Part shown: in pieces, positions 57,322-64,000 of the stretch
Numbering within the stretch: the first letter of the stretch is position 1
How the letters are laid out: each line of letters begins with the position of its first letter
Origin: Puniceicoccaceae bacterium
GTDB lineage: Bacteria > Verrucomicrobiota > Verrucomicrobiia > Opitutales > Oceanipulchritudinaceae
Direction of reading: 5' to 3'
Assembly: GCA_040830765.1 (NCBI GenBank)
Contig: JBFOMH010000013.1
Location: 146,373 to 210,372 of the forward strand
Length of the DNA stretch: 64,000 bases
Position numbers and translations under genes: made by a program
Notes under the pieces: model-generated
What the model saw: only the letters and a program-made list of their open reading frames with translations
What the model was told of the DNA's origin: nothing
The model's database searches: none

Positions 57322-58599
57322 TCAGGCCTCTTTCTCTGGCTCAAGGGGTGTTGCTTCAATCTGGGCAACGTCGTCCGGAAGCTTTTTCTTGCTGTCCTCA
57401 GCCAGGGTCTCGAACTTGCGCGCGGTAACCAGGACCCGCGTCTCCATGGAACGGATGCTCTTGTTGTAGGACTCGACGGCCCGCTTGAGGGCCTTTCCAA
57501 CATCCGAGAAATGGTCCGTCTGGGTAACCAGACGCTCATACAATTCCCGACCCAAAGCGCTGATCTGCTTGGCCTCCTCGGCAATGGCTTCCTGACGCCA
57601 GCCATAGGCGGCTGCTTTCAACAGAGCGATGAGGGTTGTCGGTGTCGCCAGAAGGACGTTTTCACTGGTCCCGTACTGGATGAGATCGGGATCCTGCTCC
57701 AGGGCCGCACTGAAAAACGCCTCCCCAGGCAGGAAAATGACGACAAACTCCGGTGATGGATCAAACTGCCGCCAGTACTGCTTCGACCCGAGGGCCTTGA
57801 TATGATCGCGAATCTGTTTGGCATGACGCTTCAGGAGCCGGACAGTCTCGTCCCCGTCCTTGCTTTCGAGGGCTTCCAGATAGGCCGCCAATGGCGCCTT
57901 GGCATCGACCACGATGTTCTTACCGCCCGGTAAGCGGACAATCAAGTCCGGCCGCAGTCGCCCCGATTCCCCCTCGGTACTTTCCTGCTGGACGAAATCC
58001 ACATGGTCCGTCATCCCGGCAAATTCAACCGTCCGCTCCAGCTGCATTTCCCCCCAGCGGCCCCGGACACTCGGCGTCTTCAGCGCAAAGACCAGGTTGT
58101 TGGTCTCCGCCTGTAACTTGCCCTGGCTCTCCAGAAGATTCCGTACCTGTTCCTGCAACCCGGCATAGGCCCCTTCACGCGCCTTCTCCAGTTTCTGGAT
58201 TTTGTCATCCACTTGCTCGAGCGACTTCCGAAGCGGATTCACCAATTCATTTATCGCCTGCTGACGCTTCTCCAGCTCCCCCTTCGCCCCTTCCTGCAAA
58301 CGGGAAAAATTCGACTTGGCCAACTCCAAAAATTGCTCACTGCTCTGCTTCAAGGCATCCGCCGACAGGGCCTTGAAAGTCGTCTCAAACTTTTCCCGGA
58401 GCTCCTTCAGCTCCGTCAGTCGCTCCTCGGCCGCCTTTGCCTCCAGCTCCCGCCGGGTCTGTTCCTCGGCATGCTTCCGGCGCGACTCATCCCGCTCCTC
58501 ACGCAAGGCTTCAACCCGGGCCACCATGCTCTGGCGACCCCCGAACCATCCGATGATTCCCAGCAGCACTGCCAGCAGTATTCCCAAAAGCCATTCCAT
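57322..58599 (-). CDS. rmuC: DNA recombination protein RmuC
   Basis: N-terminal TM and coiled coil; RGRWGE, RPD, VVDAK, FVVIFLPGE, TPTTL. Confidence 0.95.
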   Translation of the reverse strand: MEWLLGILLAVLLGIIGWFGGRQSMVARVEALREERDESRRKHAEEQTRRELEAKAAEERLTELKELREKFETTFKALSADALKQSSEQFLELAKSNFSRLQEGAKGELEKRQQAINELVNPLRKSLEQVDDKIQKLEKAREGAYAGLQEQVRNLLESQGKLQAETNNLVFALKTPSVRGRWGEMQLERTVEFAGMTDHVDFVQQESTEGESGRLRPDLIVRLPGGKNIVVDAKAPLAAYLEALESKDGDETVRLLKRHAKQIRDHIKALGSKQYWRQFDPSPEFVVIFLPGEAFFSAALEQDPDLIQYGTSENVLLATPTTLIALLKAAAYGWRQEAIAEEAKQISALGRELYERLVTQTDHFSDVGKALKRAVESYNKSIRSMETRVLVTARKFETLAEDSKKKLPDDVAQIEATPLEPEKEA

Positions 58600-58651
58600 G
58601 ACTTACTCTATGAAGGATGCTCCAGAAAAGCTCAATAAAACTTCCATAAAC

Positions 58652-58688
58652 AAAAAGCCCCGACCTCTCCTTACGGAGCGATCGGGGC
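58652..58688 (-). terminator. rRNA operon terminator
   Basis: GCCCCGA..TCGGGGC stem with a U-tract immediately after the 5S gene. Confidence 0.85.
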
Positions 58689-58693
58689 ATAAA

Positions 58694-58810
58694 ACTGGCG
58701 ATAACCTACTCTCACACCACATCGAGGTGGCACTACCATCGGCGGCTACGTGCTTAACGCTGGTGTTCGGGATGGGAACCGGTGTTTCCACGCGCCAATA
58801 GTCACCAGAG
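58694..58810 (-). rRNA. rrf: 5S rRNA
   Basis: Conserved CCCATCCCGAAC, GCCGATGGTAGT, GAGAGTAGG; terminal stem. Confidence 0.95.
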
Positions 58811-58932
58811 AGGGAACCTCTGACCAGACAAGTTCATTTGTGGTTATCGCCACCTGTCTGGATTCGGAAAATCTAGTTCAGTTATCCTTGTGGGTAAAAT
58901 AAACGTCTGAATCGCACGACGATTATCTAAGT

Positions 58933-61765
<2,833 letters not shown>

Positions 61766-61887
61766 AATTAATTAGTAACGATAACCGCCGTGCGTACTCC
61801 AAAGAGTGTGTTCAGACGCTTATTGTTACCCACAAGGAAAAACTGAACTGTCAAAGAACTGAAATTGTTTAAGGATGACCTGGGAAA

Positions 61888-61964
<77 letters not shown>

Positions 61965-62014
61965 TCAAATCCTGTACCTGAACGGCTTGCCATGCGGAGC
62001 CTTCAGGCGAAGCA

Positions 62015-62090
62015 TGGTGGAGCCAGACGGGATCGAACCGACGACCTCCTGAATGCAAATCAGGTGCTCTTCCAGCTGAGCTATGGCCCC
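62015..62090 (-). tRNA. tRNA-Ala(TGC)
   Basis: GGGGCCATAGCTCAG...anticodon TGC...GGCTCCACCA; G3:U70 pair. Confidence 0.97.
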
Positions 62091-62263
62091 GGAAAAATGG
62101 TCCCCCGCCCCGGCAGGTCAATAAACTTTCTAAAGAACAGGTCCCGCCTCGGCGGGAAGTGTCGTTCTTGAAAACTACTAAGTGTGATCGGCAGGCAGAA
62201 ACCGGTTCAATCAAATTGCCTCGATTGCTCGGGGCATTCGACCTATCCAGAATCGCTTCTGGA

Positions 62264-63827
<1,564 letters not shown>

Positions 63828-63984
63828 AGAAAAACTTTCAGATCGTTGAAGATCCATCAAAATATTCGGACCCTCAAAACGTCTGAACCACCGGATAAAT
63901 CCGATGGAGACGTCCTAGGTATAAATTAGGACACATAAACAAAGGATTGATCGGTTCTATGACCTACCAATCACACTTAGTAAA

Positions 63985-63995
63985 TTTCAAAGAAC
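63985..63995 (-). promoter_or_regulatory. rrn leader boxA-like antitermination site (further copies at 62127-62139 and 61849-61860)
   Basis: GTTCTTTGAAA, TGTTCTTTAGAAA and AGTTCTTTGACA resemble boxA (TGCTCTTTAACA) and precede 16S, the tRNAs and 23S. Confidence 0.65.
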
Positions 63996-64000
63996 GGGGC

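Noticed and set aside
55971..58599. SRAP, rmuC or mazG as a defence island or prophage remnant
   Set aside because: No integrase, att site, compositional shift or defence partner genes; the context is housekeeping.

Overview
This is a bacterial chromosomal window that is mostly housekeeping. The 16S sequence, the 16S-tRNA-Ala-tRNA-Ile-23S-5S order and lineage-typical secreted-protein modules suggest Verrucomicrobiota, class Opitutia (Puniceicoccales-like); this is an inference, not a database result. From left to right it contains: a TonB-dependent receptor plus GH13 amylase (starch/maltodextrin locus); panB-panC-coaX-panD; a URO-D/MtaA-like gene coupled to a rhamnose/fucose mutarotase; a complex I operon nuoB-N without nuoA; a two-domain PL6 + PF05426 polysaccharide lyase; rpsA; an S8 protease-PLD pair; a small Cys-containing gene overlapping a PA-domain metalloprotease; nth; a fused gcvP; folD-hybrid kinase-proC; 5-oxoprolinase; mazG; trpC; rsmA; SRAP-marC-rmuC; and a complete rRNA operon on the minus strand. 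No CRISPR array, prophage, integrase or transposase is visible. The best leads are (i) a possible separately encoded cysteine-switch propeptide with its protease, (ii) the URO-D-like/mutarotase pair as a possible methyl-sugar module, (iii) the dual lyase fusion, (iv) a structured panB leader, (v) an inverted hexamer-microsatellite element between trpC and rsmA, and (vi) a REP doublet that supplies a stop codon. All family assignments come from motif recognition by eye.
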